NCBI RefSeq assembly: GCF_030144855.1 | Contig: NC_082716.1 | Coordinates: forward strand, 69,626,001 to 69,690,000 | Direction of reading: 5' to 3' | DNA length: 64,000 bases | Origin: Hypanus sabinus | Taxonomy: Eukaryota | In this document: positions 62,201-64,000 of the stretch, piece by piece | How the letters are laid out: every line of letters starts with the position of its first letter | Position numbering within the stretch: the first letter of the stretch is position 1 | The notes under the pieces: model-generated | What the model was told of the DNA's origin: nothing | Databases searched by the model: none | Seen by the model: only the letters and a program-made list of their open reading frames with translations | Position numbers and translations under genes: made by a program

Positions 62201-63199
62201 GAGATTTAATTCAATTAAGTGCAAAGCAAAGGGGGACAAATACTTTTGAACTGCAGACTTTTCAGTTTTTGAATTTTTAGTTTATTGATCTTTACAGTTT
62301 CCCAGTTTTATGGGCTCTACTGTGAAAATTGGAACAGGTGATTCACAAATAAAAATTCAAAGTTGAATTGATCAAAATCCCTGGTTGTGATTCAGGTTTA
62401 TGTGAACAAAGGGTTGGGGGCTGAATCCTTTTGCAAGGCACTGCAGATTGTTCTCTAGTTTTCACACAGACATGTCAAGCTCATGCATCAGAAAGAAGAT
62501 GGTTGTCTGTTGCTGGAAATTTGTTCATTGTTTACTGTATGTGCCTGATTTCTGTCCCCTGGTAGTGAATCTACACCTGTGTTCTGTCTGCCTCCTCACC
62601 CCAACACACTATGTGGAATTCCACTTGAGTTATTGCATCCCATTTTTGCAAACCGAAATATTGTCACATCAATGTCGACCATCCATAACCCTACCCTGGA
62701 GAAAAGAACTTTTCTGCTCATTTCCTTTGTTATTTCTTTTTTCCTATTGGCTATTATTCTCTTTCATGACCATCTTCTCAGAGCTACCTCCAGTTTGAAC
62801 AGCATTTACTTTGTATAACTTATTTTATATTTTACATATTTTTTGTTTTTCATTTGGTTTACAGTAATTCTTTATATTTTATTGGAAGTTGTCTTTGACC
62901 TAGTTACCCTGGGGGTAAACAGTTTACAAATTAACCGAGAGCTACAGTGTTGCTGAGATGCATCCAAAGATGTGCTGGCACATGTCATCAGTGATGTAAC
63001 CTGGGGTCACTGGGTGTTTTGAATCTTTCAACATCAGGCACTCACACCTAGGACTCAGCCAGGATTGATCAGGCCCTGGCTTGTGTCCCAGCATTGGTCC
63101 ACAGGTCACTCCAGAGTATTCTCAAGTTCAAATGACTGATCGATGTGATCATAATAATGTAGAAAATGAAGAAGGGTTCTTTTCTACAAACTAACCAAT

Positions 63200-63505
63200 G
63201 GACTCACTTTGAAGGAATCTATATCTCATGTTCTCAATATTTATTGCTTATTTATTTATTTATTAGTGCTTATTTCTTTGGTACTTGTACAGCTTGTTGT
63301 CTTTTGCACACTGGTTGAATGCCCAATTGGTGTGGTCTTCCATTGATTCTGTTATGGTCATTAGTTTACAGATTTATTGAGTATGCCCACAAGAAAAGAG
63401 TCATATTTGTATATGGTAACATATACATATACATATGGTATTACCATATACATATGGTAACATATATGCACTTTGATAATAAATTTAATTTGAACTTTGA
63501 ACTTT
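63200..63505 (+). mobile_element. Rex1-type 3' UTR
   Basis: atttattgagtatgcccacaagaaaa...gataataaatttaatttgaactttgaactttg; same tail type as 11736-11830. Confidence 0.75.
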
Positions 63506-64000
63506 GTTTTTCTTTAATATTAATCCTTTTTAATTCTATCTTTTCCTTTGAAGCTAACCTGCTCCTTCATAGCACAACACTAGATTCTGTTTTAAGTGCA
63601 CAACTTATTTGTGATGATCTCTTCCCTCTGCGATACCTCTTTATGCTCACAACTATAGTGACTGCTATGTCAGTCTCAGCTCCCATTACATCTTTGGCCA
63701 TGAAATCGCTCTTGTTTTTGATGTGTGCTGGATTCTGCACAATTCTTTTCTATGCACCTTTATTTGTGTGAACAGTGATGCATACCTACACAAGCCAAGG
63801 CGAGGAGTCAGCAGTATATAACATTAGGCATGGAAGAATTGTATGCAATCTGTTAATAAATATTGAGATCACACATTGTAATAACTATAGGTGAAATACC
63901 ACATGTTCTGTAACTTCAGTGCATTTGCAGGTCTTAATAACTCATCCTTGTTGATATGAAACCTCTGCCAAGATCACAGAACCATTATCTGATCATAAAT

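Larger units (their letters stand above)
60680..62443 (+). mobile_element. Tc1-family (DD34E) DNA transposon with long IR/DR-type TIRs
   Basis: Left TA+cattgccttaaaaagtattcagccc; right gggctgaatccttttgcaaggcactg; inner DR-like copies at about 60861-60885 and 62227-62250. Confidence 0.93.

Noticed and set aside
63319-63771. 150-aa hydrophobic ORF resembling a membrane protein
   Set aside because: It starts inside a Rex1 3' UTR, and T-rich composition explains the hydrophobicity.
1-64000. tRNA, rRNA, snRNA or miRNA genes, and prokaryotic or viral systems
   Set aside because: None recognised by eye; tRNA-like sequence is limited to decayed SINE heads. An Infernal/tRNAscan-SE run would be needed to exclude small RNAs.

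Overview
Eukaryotic, repeat-rich vertebrate DNA. The repeat set (CR1/HER1-type LINEs, HE1 V-SINE, SacSINE1-like DeuSINE, many Rex1/Babar LINEs, Penelope-like elements) suggests a cartilaginous fish, probably a batoid ray; this is an inference. I see no prokaryotic genes, true CRISPR, tRNA or rRNA genes. Almost all ORFs in the supplied track are retroelement or transposon fragments, or chance ORFs. The window looks like the long-intron 3' part of an unidentified plus-strand gene: one convincing internal coding exon (586-778, phase-1 donor) and one or two phase-1-compatible downstream exons (31106-31245; weaker 46803-46903). Notable features: (i) about a dozen Penelope-derived short elements, many palindromic, several with 10-15 bp TSDs and minimal hammerhead-ribozyme cores, plus a GIY-YIG-encoding parent copy; (ii) an 841-bp two-unit minisatellite with a CRISPR-like constant core and two alternative spacers (41781-42621); (iii) non-autonomous and composite elements that may use Rex1 machinery; (iv) a full-span IR/DR Tc1 (DD34E) fossil, a solo LTR, a hAT MITE and a fairly young RTE 3' end; (v) several TE-poor, motif-dense blocks that may be conserved enhancers. 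Boundaries of degenerate repeats are approximate (about +/-30 bp), and family names come from motif recognition, not a database search.
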